The notes under the pieces: model-generated | Told to the model about the DNA's origin: nothing | The model's database searches: none | What the model saw: only the letters and a program-made list of their open reading frames with translations | Shown here: in pieces, positions 1-9,567 of the stretch | Layout: each line of letters opens with the position of its first letter | How positions within the stretch are numbered: position 1 is the first letter of the stretch | Made by a program: the position numbers and the translations under genes | Assembly (NCBI GenBank): GCA_905198125.1 | Contig: CAJKBH010000006.1 | Location: 11,842-75,841 of the forward strand | DNA: 64,000 bases | Direction of reading: 5' to 3' | DNA from: an uncultured Porphyromonadaceae bacterium | GTDB taxonomy: Bacteria > Bacteroidota > Bacteroidia > Bacteroidales > Muribaculaceae

Positions 1-12
1 TAAAAACAAATT

Positions 13-50
13 TCGGGGAGGATTTTATTATCTCCTCCCCGAATTTTTTT
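13..50. terminator. Rho-independent terminator hairpin (stem 13-22/33-42, T-run 43-50), usable from either strand
   Basis: Perfect 10-bp GC-rich stem tcggggagga/tcctccccga with 10-nt loop followed by attttttt; lies downstream of the minus-strand ppiD-like gene and of whatever precedes the window on plus. Confidence 0.6.
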
Positions 51-174
51 CGTCTATCCAGGGCCGATGCTTGGTCGTCACCCCGAATCTATCCGTCTAT
101 TCAGGGCCGATGCTTGGTCGTCACCCCGAATCTATCCGTCTATTCAGGGCCGATCCTTAGTCGCCGGCCTCGAA
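51..174. repeat. 43-bp tandem repeat, about 2.9 copies (51-93, 94-136, diverged copy 137-174) that duplicates the 3' end and stop codon region of the ppiD-like gene
   Basis: Copies 1 and 2 are identical except tatcca/tattca; copy 3 contains the real stop (tta at 157-159, minus strand) and last codons of the 709-aa ORF. Confidence 0.8.
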
Positions 175-2286
175 TTTGTAGATGTTGTTCTTCACTTTCC
201 TGTCACCCTTGATCAGCTCGAACATGTTGGGATTCAACAGCTGATAGTACTGCTGCTGGTACTGCTGCTCGTTGAAGGGGAACTTCTCGGTGTTCTGTCC
301 CATCACCTGGTAAACGTACACGCCGTCCTGACCTGCTGTGATCACCACCTTCTTGTTGGCGGGGGTGCCGTAGATCTTGCCCGTAACCTCGGGATCGCCT
401 ACGCCCATATTACGTCCGAAACGGAACTGTGCGTTGCTCTGCACCTGCACGCCCATTGCCTGGGCCGCGCTCTGCAGGCTCTGCGTGTTCTTCGAGAACT
501 TGTCCACCAGCTTCTTGCCGGCCTTCTCCGAGCGTACCAGGTCGGTCACATAGTCCTTGATGTCCTTGTTCGACAGCGGTGCGTAGTCGTCGTATTCGCT
601 TATCACGGCTGCGGCATACAGCAGCGGAGCCGTCGGGTTCTTCGATTCGTAGATGTGGCTTACGGCATCTGACTCGCCGTCTATCATCACCCAGCGCATC
701 ACCTGACGCGAGTCGGGATAGTAGGAGTTCATGCCGGCGAAACGGGGCACTGCGGGCAGCGAAGCCGTAACGGTGAAGTTCTGCACGTTGAAGCCGGCCT
801 TCGATGCGTTGGCCATGAATTTCTTGGCGTCGTTGTTCTGGGCCAGGAATTTCTCGAGCTTGCCGCGCTCGTCGTTCAGCGTCGCGTTGCTGGGACCGAG
901 CACATACGATGCCTCGTCATATTCATACACGGTCTTGGGGGCGTTCTGCTTCACTAATTTGGCGATTACCATACCCTGCGGGCCGCTTACTATCGATACA
1001 TATCTGCCGGCTGCCTGACGCAGTGTGTCCAGCTGCTCGGCGGGGATTGCGTTCGTGGCGCCGTCGGCGTCATAGAGGGCGATCCACTGGTCGGGCTGTG
1101 CCATCACGCTGTCGGGGCTGAACTGGGTGCCGATGGAGTCGGCGGGAAGTCCGGCGTTAAGCGCGCTCAGCACGCGGCGGCCGCAGTCCTCGGTGGCGGC
1201 CTGTACCAGAGTGATTTGCACGGAGTCTACCTCCTGCTTGGTGCTCAGCACGCGTACCACGCCGAAGCCCAGGCTGTTGTTGTAGGCCAGACGGGCGGAA
1301 TCGCCGCCGGCTGTCACGGCGCTGCGCACGTTGCCGGGAATGTCGGCGGCCAGCACAGTGTGGCGCGACATCGATACGCCATCCTTCTTCAGTTCCTTGC
1401 TCAGCGGGCCGGCGTTCTTGTTCATGAATGCCACGGTCTGGTCGGCCAGAGCCTTGGCGGCTGCGATGTCCTTGTCGCTCGGAGTCACGGTCACGGAGAT
1501 GAAGCCTATCTCCTTGGTCGCCTCGTCAACGGCGAAGCGGCCCTTGATCTCGTCATACTTGGCCTTCAGCTCTGCGTCGGTGACGGGATATTCCTTCTCG
1601 TTCAGGTTGCCGAAGGGCAGGAACGCGTAGTCCACGCTCTTGGTGTTGACATAATCGTCGTAGAGAGCCTTCATATCCAGGTCGTTCGCCTTGACCGTAC
1701 CGGCCAGCAGGCGCTGGTATATCTGCTCGGCAATCTGCTGGTCCGTCTCCTTCTCGGCGGCGAGCCATGCGCGCTGCATCGGCTCTACCTGAGCCTCGGT
1801 CAGACCGTTGCGCTTCGGATTGAAGATAATGTCGTATGCCTGTGCGGGCGTCTGGGCTGCCAGGCCCGACTGCTGCAGGCTCTGCATCAGCTCCTGAACC
1901 TTCGGATTGCCCATGTTTTCCAGCATATAGTAACGCAGCAGGTTGGCGCTCGACTTCACGCCGGCCTTCTTGGCGGCATTGTCTATCACAGTCTGCTGTA
2001 TCAGCTGCTCGAGAGCCATCTCGCCTAACTGCTGGGTGTCGAAGTTGGCGAACTGCTGGGGATTGCGGCGGCGCGCCTCCTCGTACTGGTTGTTCAGTTC
2101 TTCACGCTTGCGCTGATATTCCGTATAGTCGATCTTGGTCGACCCTACCTTGGCAACCGTGGTCTGGTCGCCGAATATATTACGACTGTTTGTGAGGGCG
2201 TCCCCCACGATGAAGGCAAGCAATGCCAAGCCTATCACCACGATCAGAAATACCGATTTGGATCTGATTTTCTCTAATGTTGCCAT
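157..2286 (-). CDS. Periplasmic peptidyl-prolyl isomerase/chaperone, PpiD/SurA-like (709 aa, N-terminal membrane anchor)
   Basis: N-terminal TM helix (VFLIVVIGLALLAFIV), long SurA_N-like chaperone region, size and layout typical of Bacteroidetes PpiD-like PPIase. Confidence 0.7.
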   Translation of the reverse strand: MATLEKIRSKSVFLIVVIGLALLAFIVGDALTNSRNIFGDQTTVAKVGSTKIDYTEYQRKREELNNQYEEARRRNPQQFANFDTQQLGEMALEQLIQQTVIDNAAKKAGVKSSANLLRYYMLENMGNPKVQELMQSLQQSGLAAQTPAQAYDIIFNPKRNGLTEAQVEPMQRAWLAAEKETDQQIAEQIYQRLLAGTVKANDLDMKALYDDYVNTKSVDYAFLPFGNLNEKEYPVTDAELKAKYDEIKGRFAVDEATKEIGFISVTVTPSDKDIAAAKALADQTVAFMNKNAGPLSKELKKDGVSMSRHTVLAADIPGNVRSAVTAGGDSARLAYNNSLGFGVVRVLSTKQEVDSVQITLVQAATEDCGRRVLSALNAGLPADSIGTQFSPDSVMAQPDQWIALYDADGATNAIPAEQLDTLRQAAGRYVSIVSGPQGMVIAKLVKQNAPKTVYEYDEASYVLGPSNATLNDERGKLEKFLAQNNDAKKFMANASKAGFNVQNFTVTASLPAVPRFAGMNSYYPDSRQVMRWVMIDGESDAVSHIYESKNPTAPLLYAAAVISEYDDYAPLSNKDIKDYVTDLVRSEKAGKKLVDKFSKNTQSLQSAAQAMGVQVQSNAQFRFGRNMGVGDPEVTGKIYGTPANKKVVITAGQDGVYVYQVMGQNTEKFPFNEQQYQQQYYQLLNPNMFELIKGDRKVKNNIYKFEAGD

Positions 2287-2493
2287 TTATGTAGCTCTGT
2301 ATTTTGTTACTAAGTTGTTATGCAAAATGAACCGGTCCGCAAGAGGCCGGTCCGGGGCCGGTCAGTGTGTGTGCGGTTGCGGAAAACATACGCGTCTAAC
2401 AGCCCCACGGGGCCATTAAACGCGCAAAGGTAATACTTTTTGGCGTATTTAGCAAATTCACACCGTAATTACGCCGTTTTTCGCTACTTTTCG

Positions 2494-3885
2494 TCAGTCT
2501 TTTATGCCGAATGCCTCGCGGATGACAGGGACCATGTCCAGCTCCTCCCACGCAAACTGGCGCACGTCGCGCTCCACCTTGTCGCGCTGTATGGCGGACA
2601 CGAAGGTGGTGTCGGCGGGCTTGCGGCCCACATGGCCGTAGGCCGCGGTGGCGCGGTAGATCGGGTTGCGCAGTCCGAAGCGCTTCTCGATGCTGCGCGG
2701 ACGCATGTCGAACAGCTCGCTCACCTTCACGGCTATCTCCGGGTCGCTCATGTTCACCTTGGCGGTACCGTGGGTGTTGATATACAGGTTGATGGGATGC
2801 GCACGGCCGATGGCGTACGACACCTGCACCGTCACCTCTCCTGCTACTCCCGCAGCCACCAGGTTCTTCGCGATGTGACGCGCCGCGTATGCCGCCGAGC
2901 GGTCCACCTTCGACGGATCCTTGCCCGAGAAAGCGCCGCCGCCGTGATAGCCGCGGCCGCCGTAGGTGTCAACGATGATCTTGCGGCCCGTCACGCCCGT
3001 GTCGCCGTGAGGCCCTCCGATCACGAATTTACCCGTCGGATTCACATACACCTTGGTACGGCTGTCGTACATCTTCTGCACGGCTTCGGGATACTGCTCA
3101 AGCACACGCGGTATCAGCACCTTGCGCACGTCGTCGGCAATGGTGTCCAGGATGGCGCGGTCGGCCTTGTTGCGGGCCTCGGCGGTATCCTCCAGCGCCT
3201 CCACGAACTCATCGTGCTGGGTCGACACCACGATGGTGTCTATATGCACCGGCTTGCGGTTGCTGTCATATTCTATCGTCACCTGACTCTTGGAGTCGGG
3301 ACGCAGATAGCTCACCTGCTTACCCTTGCGGTAATAGGTCATATCCTTCCCCTCGCGGCGTATCTCGGCCAGTTCCTTCACTAATTTGTGCGACATGTCG
3401 AGCGTAAGGGGTATCAGCTCGTCGGTCTCGTCCACTGCGTAACCGAACATCATGCCCTGGTCGCCGGCACCCTGCAGTTCGGCCTCGTCGTTGTCCGACA
3501 GCGCGTTCAGTTCGGCCACCTTGCCGGCGTCCACGCCGCGGTCGATGTCCTCGCTCTGGCCGTGGATGGCGGTGAAGATACCGCAGCTGTCGCAGTCAAA
3601 GCGATAGGCACCGCGATTGTAGCCGATCTTGCGTATCACGTCGCGCACCACCACCGGCACGTCGATGTATGCCTGCGAGTCAACCTCGCCCGACACCACC
3701 ACCTGCCCCGTGGTCACGAGGGTTTCCAGAGCCACATGGCTCTCCGGGTCGCGCGCCAGGAATTCGTCTAACAGCGCGTCGCTGATCTGGTCGGCAACCT
3801 TGTCCGGGTGTCCTTCCGACACCGATTCCGATGTAAATAGGTAGTTCCCGTTAGTCAGTACGGGAGATTTTTCAGTCTGCTTCAT
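2494..3885 (-). CDS. metK: S-adenosylmethionine synthetase
   Basis: Motifs GHPDK, GAGDQG, Bacteroidetes-length MetK (463 aa). Confidence 0.93.
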   Translation of the reverse strand: MKQTEKSPVLTNGNYLFTSESVSEGHPDKVADQISDALLDEFLARDPESHVALETLVTTGQVVVSGEVDSQAYIDVPVVVRDVIRKIGYNRGAYRFDCDSCGIFTAIHGQSEDIDRGVDAGKVAELNALSDNDEAELQGAGDQGMMFGYAVDETDELIPLTLDMSHKLVKELAEIRREGKDMTYYRKGKQVSYLRPDSKSQVTIEYDSNRKPVHIDTIVVSTQHDEFVEALEDTAEARNKADRAILDTIADDVRKVLIPRVLEQYPEAVQKMYDSRTKVYVNPTGKFVIGGPHGDTGVTGRKIIVDTYGGRGYHGGGAFSGKDPSKVDRSAAYAARHIAKNLVAAGVAGEVTVQVSYAIGRAHPINLYINTHGTAKVNMSDPEIAVKVSELFDMRPRSIEKRFGLRNPIYRATAAYGHVGRKPADTTFVSAIQRDKVERDVRQFAWEELDMVPVIREAFGIKD

Positions 3886-4108
3886 ATAATAAAAATTTAG
3901 GCGGCTGTCAGATGCAGTCGCCGTGCAGATGTCTTACTGTCATGCCCCGGGCGCGCAGTCAGTCGTCACCCCGAGGTATTGCAGTTTTAGCATTTTTTAC
4001 ACGGTGGTTGCAAGCAGCCAAATTTGTCCACCGGACCCGTCCCGACCTACGCCCGGCGTTACGTTACTGCCATAGCTTCACGTCGCGCCATCACCAGGTC
4101 TTTCCGAA
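3886..4108 (-). promoter_or_regulatory. About 220-nt structured 5' leader of metK; candidate SAM-responsive riboswitch-like element with terminator-like hairpin just before the start codon
   Basis: Leader (minus-strand RNA) contains GGGAC-GGGUCC, GCAACC and UGCUAAAACUGCAA segments resembling SAM-I core elements, plus hairpin ggcgacug/cagccgcc followed by uaaauuuuuauuau immediately 5' of AUG; P1/P2 pairing not convincingly found by eye. Confidence 0.3.
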
Positions 4109-4116
4109 TCCAGCCA

Positions 4117-4124
4117 CAAAGTTA
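4117..4124 (-). promoter_or_regulatory. Bacteroides-type sigma-A -7 box TAACTTTG (minus strand) for metK
   Basis: Exact TAnnTTTG match about 230 nt upstream of metK ATG. Confidence 0.4.
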
Positions 4125-4240
4125 CAACATTTCCCCTTAATATGCAACTCCCGTTCCAAAAACCGCACATTTATATGTTTTTATGTCGGAATTTATTAAC
4201 TTTGTGGAAGGAATCAGAACAAAATCAAAAAGCTAATGCC

Positions 4241-4792
4241 ATGATAGAAGATATTTTGAGATACAACCGGGAGTTTGTGGAGCGCAAGGAATATACACGT
4301 TACGAGACGTCGAAATATCCGGACAAGAAGATAGCGATAGTGACGTGCATGGACACGCGCCTGGTCGAGCTGCTTCCGGCGGCGCTGGGCATCCGCAACG
4401 GCGATGTCAAGATGATCAAGAATGCCGGAGGCACCATCATCAATCCGTTCGACTCCACCATGCGCTCACTGTTGGTGGCCGTATATGAGTTAGGCGTGAA
4501 CGAAATCATGATAATCGGCCACACCGGCTGCGGCGTGCAGGGCATGAATGCCGGGAAGATGCTCAATCTGATGCGCGAGCGCGGCATAAGCGAAGAACAC
4601 ATCACGTTGATGCGCCACTGCGGCATCGACCTGGACCAATGGCTTCACGGTTTCGAGGACACCGGCGACGCCGTGCGCGAGACGGTCGACCTGGTGCGCA
4701 ACCACCCGCTGATGGCCGCCGACGTCCGCGTGGCCGGCTACATCATGGACTCCCTCACCGGCGCCCTCCAGCCCCTCCCCGCCTCCCTTTAG
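4241..4792 (+). CDS. Beta-class carbonic anhydrase
   Basis: CxDxR (VTCMDTRL) and HTGCG zinc-ligand motifs; start chosen at internal ATG (MIEDIL) of the 4142 ORF. Confidence 0.85.
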   Translation: MIEDILRYNREFVERKEYTRYETSKYPDKKIAIVTCMDTRLVELLPAALGIRNGDVKMIKNAGGTIINPFDSTMRSLLVAVYELGVNEIMIIGHTGCGVQGMNAGKMLNLMRERGISEEHITLMRHCGIDLDQWLHGFEDTGDAVRETVDLVRNHPLMAADVRVAGYIMDSLTGALQPLPASL

Positions 4793-4973
4793 CCCAGCCG
4801 CTGGCCGCATCTACAGCCTGACAGCCTGCACAGCCAGCGCTTCGCGCCGGAACAGAACGAGCTCCGCGACCTGCAAAGCCGAGACAGCCGAGGCCACCCT
4901 GCAGAAGCGCAGAGCCAAGGCCAAAGGCCTAAGAAGGTACTGGCCGATGGCCGGTGCGCGGCCGCCAGCCGAA

Positions 4974-5008
4974 GCGCGGAGCCGTTCAGTTCAAAGGCAA
5001 AGCCTTTG
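4974..5008. repeat. REP-like 19-nt motif gcgcggagccgttcagttc (4974-4992) plus 7-bp hairpin caaaggc-aaa-gcctttg (4992-5008), 64 bp upstream of the RAYT-like gene
   Basis: Same 19-mer with one mismatch occurs at 32790-32808 and 32844-32862. Confidence 0.6.
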
Positions 5009-5071
5009 CCCGTCGTCCGCCACTCCTCCTCTCCCCTTAACCTCAATCTAAACACCTAATAGATTCTTCCC

Positions 5072-6064
5072 ATGAATAACCCGTCCATGCAAGAGCCACC
5101 AGCCTACTACAGGCCCCTGATCCCGAACGGCTGCCGCCGCGCCCCTTGGCACGACTACCGCTCCCGCTGCATCTACATGATAACCATCAACCGGGCGCCA
5201 GGCATACTCCCCTTCTCCACTCTCGCCGGCATTCCGGGGAACCACGACTGGAAGCCGCGCACTGTCCTGACTCCTACCGGCGAAATAATCGCCTCCTGCA
5301 TCTCCGGGCTAAAGAGCGCATTCCCGTTCACTCAGATCCTGAGGCGCGTCATCATGCCCGAGCATATCCATTTCGTCCTCTTTGTCACCGAAGCCACTGA
5401 CATCCACCTCGGCGATATCATCCTTAAGCTCAAGAACGAGTGCACCCGCCGTTACCACTGCTCCACAAAACAGACTGATCGGGAAGCGCCATTAGTCTCA
5501 ATCTTCGAGGAAGGGTACCACGACCGTATCCTGCTGAAAGAAGGGCAACTGCAGCGGATGCTCGCCTATGTCAGCGACAACCCGCGACGCCGTCTGGAAC
5601 GCATCAATCATCCCGACTTCTTCCACCGCACCCTCATGGCCGGTCCCGACGGCACCCGCTACGAAGCCTACGGCAATATCCACCTCCTCGAAGATCCCGA
5701 CATCGAAGCCGTGAAGGTCAGCCGCAAATATACCCCCGAAGAACTGATACGCCGCAAGCGCATCTGGATGCGCACCGTCCAGAACGGCGGAGTCCTTGTG
5801 TCGCCATTCATTTCTCCAGCCGAAAAGAAGGTAGAGAACTGGGTCTGCAACGCAGGCGGCCGCATCATCCTCATCACCGACAACGGCTTCGGCACCAACT
5901 ATACCCCGAAGGGAATGTTACACACCCTCTGCTCGGAAGGACGCCTGCTGATAATAGCCCCTACCGGGCACCGCACCGCCTCCATAGCTCTTGACCGCGC
6001 CACCTGCCTGCAGATGAACGCCCTGGCCGAAACCGTAGCCGCCTATTCCCTTCACCGGCTGTGA
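5072..6064 (+). CDS. REP-associated tyrosine transposase (RAYT)/IS200-like HUH Y1 transposase domain with an unusual C-terminal extension of about 140 aa
   Basis: HUH motif EHIHFVLFV, catalytic Tyr motif AYVSDNPRRR (YxxxNP), typical N-terminal HDYRSRCIYMITI; GC content like host (domesticated); residues ~190-330 have no Y1 counterpart. Confidence 0.7.
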   Translation: MNNPSMQEPPAYYRPLIPNGCRRAPWHDYRSRCIYMITINRAPGILPFSTLAGIPGNHDWKPRTVLTPTGEIIASCISGLKSAFPFTQILRRVIMPEHIHFVLFVTEATDIHLGDIILKLKNECTRRYHCSTKQTDREAPLVSIFEEGYHDRILLKEGQLQRMLAYVSDNPRRRLERINHPDFFHRTLMAGPDGTRYEAYGNIHLLEDPDIEAVKVSRKYTPEELIRRKRIWMRTVQNGGVLVSPFISPAEKKVENWVCNAGGRIILITDNGFGTNYTPKGMLHTLCSEGRLLIIAPTGHRTASIALDRATCLQMNALAETVAAYSLHRL

Positions 6065-6124
6065 TTAAATAATTTTCGGAGGAAATTCGTGTTTATATAA
6101 ATGGACTAAGACAAAGGAAAGAAG

Positions 6125-7933
6125 ATGGGCGTATGTTATCTGCAGGTGGAGGGGCTGACCAAGAGTTACGGCGACAGGGTGCTGTTCGGCGACATTAGCT
6201 TCGGCATAGACCAGGGCGAGAAAGTGGGACTTGTGGCACGCAACGGCACGGGCAAATCCACCTTCCTGGACATCCTTACAGGGCGCGAATCGCCCGACTC
6301 CGGCTCGGTGATATGGCGCAACGGCATCCGCGTGGGCTATCTGGAACAGCAGCCTCCCCTCGACTCGGAACTGAACGCCGTGGACTACGCCACTCCTGAC
6401 TGTCCCGCCGGCCTGACGCCCGGCGAATGGAATGGTCGCGACATGGCGCGCCAGATGCTGGGCCAGTTCGGCATCGACGACATGACGCTGCCCGTCTGCA
6501 AGCTCTCGGGCGGCCTGGCCAAGCGCGTGGCGCTGGCCAAGGTGCTGCTGACCGAACCGGACATGATTATCCTGGACGAGCCCACCAACCACCTTGACAT
6601 CGAGATTGTGGAATGGCTGGAGGACTATCTGCAGCGCCGCAAGGTGACGCTGCTGATGGTGACGCACGACCGCTGGACCCTGGACCGCGTGTGCAACCGC
6701 ATCATCGAGATCGAGGGCGAGACCCTGTACAGCTACGACGGCAACTACGACTACTACATACAGAAGCGCACCGAGCGGATGGAGAACCGCGAGGCGGAGT
6801 TGGGGCGCGTGCGCAACCTGCTGCGCGGCGAGCTGGAATGGATGCGCCGCCAGCCGCAGGCCCGTGGTTCGAAAGCCAAATACCGCATCGACAACTTCTA
6901 CGACCTGGAGGCCCGCAGCCATTCGGCCGGGCCGGAGAAGGACGTGCGCCTGGACGTGAAGGCCGGCTACATCGGCTCCAAGATATTCGAGGCCAAGAAC
7001 GTATGCAAGTCTTTCGGCGACAAAGTGATACTGCGGGACTGGAGCTATACCTTCGCCCGCTACGAGAAGGTGGGCGTCGTCGGGCCCAACGGCGTGGGCA
7101 AGTCCACGTTCATCAAGATTCTGCTGAACCGCCTGCAGCCCGATTCGGGCAGCATCGACACGGGCCAGACCGTGAAATGGGGCTATTACAGCCAGGAGGG
7201 AATCACCGGCTTCGACGAGAACGCCAAGGTGATAGACGCCGTGCGCACCATCACCGACCGCGTCCGCATCGACGACAAGACCACGCTGACGGCCCAGCAG
7301 TTTCTGACCCGCTTCCTGTTCACGCCCAAGGACCAGCAGAAATTCATCCACAAGCTCAGCGGCGGCGAGCGGCGCCGTCTCTACCTGGCCACCGTGCTGA
7401 TGCAGGAGCCCAACTTCCTGGTACTTGACGAGCCGACCAACGACCTGGACATCATGACGCTGGCCGTGCTGGAAGATTACTTGGCGAACTTCAAGGGATG
7501 CGTCATCGTGGTGAGCCACGACCGATACTTTCTGGACCGTGTGGCCCAGCATCTGTTCGTGTTCAAGGGCGACGGCGAGATTAAGGACTTTCCCGGCGAC
7601 TATTCCACTTATCGTCATTGCGTGGCGCAGGAACGCGCCGCCAAGCGCAGCGAGGCTGCAGCCGCCGACCCCGCAAAGAAGGCGCAGAAGCAGAACCGCC
7701 CCCGCACCGAACAGAAACGCAAGATGTCGTTCAAGGAGCGGCGCGAATACGAACAGCTGCAGACACGCCTGGAGCAGCTGGGCGCCGAGCGCGCCGAATT
7801 AGAGGCGTCCATGAACTCTGGCACGCTGACACACGAGGAGCTGTCCGCAGCCGGTGTCCGCATCCAGCAGATCATCGACGAAACGGACAGCTCCGAATTC
7901 CGCCTCCTCGAGCTGATGGAACTCGAGGACTGA
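6125..7933 (+). CDS. ABC-F family ATPase (Uup-like, two NBDs plus C-terminal coiled coil)
   Basis: Two Walker A (GTGKST, GVGKST), two LSGG signatures, charged coiled-coil tail. Confidence 0.88.
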   Translation: MGVCYLQVEGLTKSYGDRVLFGDISFGIDQGEKVGLVARNGTGKSTFLDILTGRESPDSGSVIWRNGIRVGYLEQQPPLDSELNAVDYATPDCPAGLTPGEWNGRDMARQMLGQFGIDDMTLPVCKLSGGLAKRVALAKVLLTEPDMIILDEPTNHLDIEIVEWLEDYLQRRKVTLLMVTHDRWTLDRVCNRIIEIEGETLYSYDGNYDYYIQKRTERMENREAELGRVRNLLRGELEWMRRQPQARGSKAKYRIDNFYDLEARSHSAGPEKDVRLDVKAGYIGSKIFEAKNVCKSFGDKVILRDWSYTFARYEKVGVVGPNGVGKSTFIKILLNRLQPDSGSIDTGQTVKWGYYSQEGITGFDENAKVIDAVRTITDRVRIDDKTTLTAQQFLTRFLFTPKDQQKFIHKLSGGERRRLYLATVLMQEPNFLVLDEPTNDLDIMTLAVLEDYLANFKGCVIVVSHDRYFLDRVAQHLFVFKGDGEIKDFPGDYSTYRHCVAQERAAKRSEAAAADPAKKAQKQNRPRTEQKRKMSFKERREYEQLQTRLEQLGAERAELEASMNSGTLTHEELSAAGVRIQQIIDETDSSEFRLLELMELED

Positions 7934-7961
7934 TTTTTTCAATCTCCTTTAATGGAACACT

Positions 7962-9212
7962 TTACTGGGCCTTGGTGAAATTGAGGCCCAGTTCTATCTT
8001 CGTGGTTTGGTCGAGCAGCTGGGGCAGCGCGTCGTAGAGCGCCATGATGGCTGTGGCGTACTGGCTAAGGGAGGTGTTGTGCTGCACTAAGTCGGCTACG
8101 ATGCCGCGCATGGCGGGATTGGAAAGCACCGGCACGATTACCTGCTTCAGCAGCGGCACCAGGACCTCGCTGCCGAGATACAGCTGCATACCGTCGCCCT
8201 GACGCACGCACGCCATCGGCAATCCCTCGGCCAGCATCGGCGACATATTCTTCACGATACCTTCCAGCAACTGAAGCAGGGTGCCTTCTTCGGCACGGCT
8301 CGCCTTGCCGAACGGATTGTCGGGTATATTCGGGTCGCGGTTGGTGTTGTTCAGCAGCACAAGGCTCAGTATATCGGTGGGATTGGCGTACAGCCTGATG
8401 GCATTGTCGCTGAGAGGCACGTACGTGAACGTGCATCTGGGCGCGGTGATGAACTGCGAGGCCCCGTTGGCCGTCTGCAGATACGTGACGGGCATACAGC
8501 CGTCGCCGGCCATTCCCACGGTGCGCAGACCGTTGGCTATTACCTGTGTCAGCGACATCTCGGCCGTACCGTTATATACAGGTATGAACGGAGTGTTGAC
8601 TAAAATCCGCAGCACATCCTGAATGCCATACTGGGTGCCCGGCAGCTGGATGGGCAGCTTGGTCTCCCACACTATATGGAACGGCTGGCTATCGGCCAGA
8701 GGGTTAGCCGGAACGGCCACAGGTTTCCACGCGCCTCCGGCAAATGTCTGGTTCTTGAGACGCACATCCTCAAACTCGCCCTCGAACTTGTTGTTGTCGA
8801 AGTCTCCCTCCAGGCGGTAGGTCACGAAGTCGGTCTCGCCCGTGTAGTCGAAATCCCAGTCGTTGCCGTCGCGGGTCACGGGCACCGTGATGTCCAGCTT
8901 CGGAGTACCGGGCAGCACGCCGGGACCGTCCAGCTCGGGCAGGTCCTTGAACGCGGCGTTGAGCGTGCCGAGATTCACCTTGGAATAGAACGACATGCTG
9001 ACGTTGCGGCCCGATGCCGGAGCCACGTCCACCGATTTGCCGGCCAGTCCCGAGTCGTTGTATTCCAGGTCCAGCACATTGAGGCCGGTGTACGTCTTAG
9101 ACTGGATCTGGTCAAGATCCACGTCCTTATTGTTGTCGTCCTTGTCGCAGGCGACAAACAAAACGGGGCTCAGCAAGAGCCCCAGTAATTGTAATTTCTT
9201 CATAGCAATCAA
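7962..9212 (-). CDS. Hypothetical lipoprotein (416 aa)
   Basis: Signal peptide with lipobox LFVAC, no recognisable catalytic motifs. Confidence 0.55.
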   Translation of the reverse strand: MIAMKKLQLLGLLLSPVLFVACDKDDNNKDVDLDQIQSKTYTGLNVLDLEYNDSGLAGKSVDVAPASGRNVSMSFYSKVNLGTLNAAFKDLPELDGPGVLPGTPKLDITVPVTRDGNDWDFDYTGETDFVTYRLEGDFDNNKFEGEFEDVRLKNQTFAGGAWKPVAVPANPLADSQPFHIVWETKLPIQLPGTQYGIQDVLRILVNTPFIPVYNGTAEMSLTQVIANGLRTVGMAGDGCMPVTYLQTANGASQFITAPRCTFTYVPLSDNAIRLYANPTDILSLVLLNNTNRDPNIPDNPFGKASRAEEGTLLQLLEGIVKNMSPMLAEGLPMACVRQGDGMQLYLGSEVLVPLLKQVIVPVLSNPAMRGIVADLVQHNTSLSQYATAIMALYDALPQLLDQTTKIELGLNFTKAQ

Positions 9213-9257
9213 TTCATACAGTGGAGCCTATCAATCCGGTCCATAGCGTCGGACCGG

Positions 9258-9560
9258 TCAGCCCGGGTAGTCCACGCATGCACGGCAATCGATGTGACCG
9301 CGTATTATGTCCACACACGCCACGTGGGCGGGATGGACGCTGTAAGCGGCGATATCCTCCAGCGAGTCTGCCTCGGCTGTAAGAATAACGTCAAAAGTCT
9401 CCGCAGGGTTGACGTTCAGCCCCGTTTCCATCGATTTTAACTCCGGAATAATCTCCGGCAGCTTCATCAGCGCCTCGGCGAACTTGTCCGCCAGCTCCTT
9501 TCGCTCCGCGTCCGTGCCTTTCAGCCGGAACATAACCGTATGCTTCATGTCTATCAGCAA
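9258..9560 (-). CDS. Dabb-family stress-responsive alpha/beta-barrel protein
   Basis: About 100 aa, pattern typical of Dabb (stress responsive protein) family. Confidence 0.6.
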   Translation of the reverse strand: MLIDMKHTVMFRLKGTDAERKELADKFAEALMKLPEIIPELKSMETGLNVNPAETFDVILTAEADSLEDIAAYSVHPAHVACVDIIRGHIDCRACVDYPG

Positions 9561-9567
9561 TTATAAA

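Noticed and set aside
67-672. 201-aa plus-strand ORF starting inside the 43-bp tandem repeat
   Set aside because: Start codon is created by the repeat unit and the ORF runs antisense through ppiD; no supporting features.
4142-4240. N-terminal 33-aa extension of the carbonic anhydrase ORF
   Set aside because: Extension is hydrophobic junk not found in beta-CA; internal ATG precedes the conserved core.
6065-7618. 517-aa ORF on the minus strand antisense to the ABC-F gene
   Set aside because: Typical GC-rich shadow ORF: Ala/Gly/Val/His-rich low-complexity translation, no recognisable motifs, fully embedded opposite a well-supported gene.
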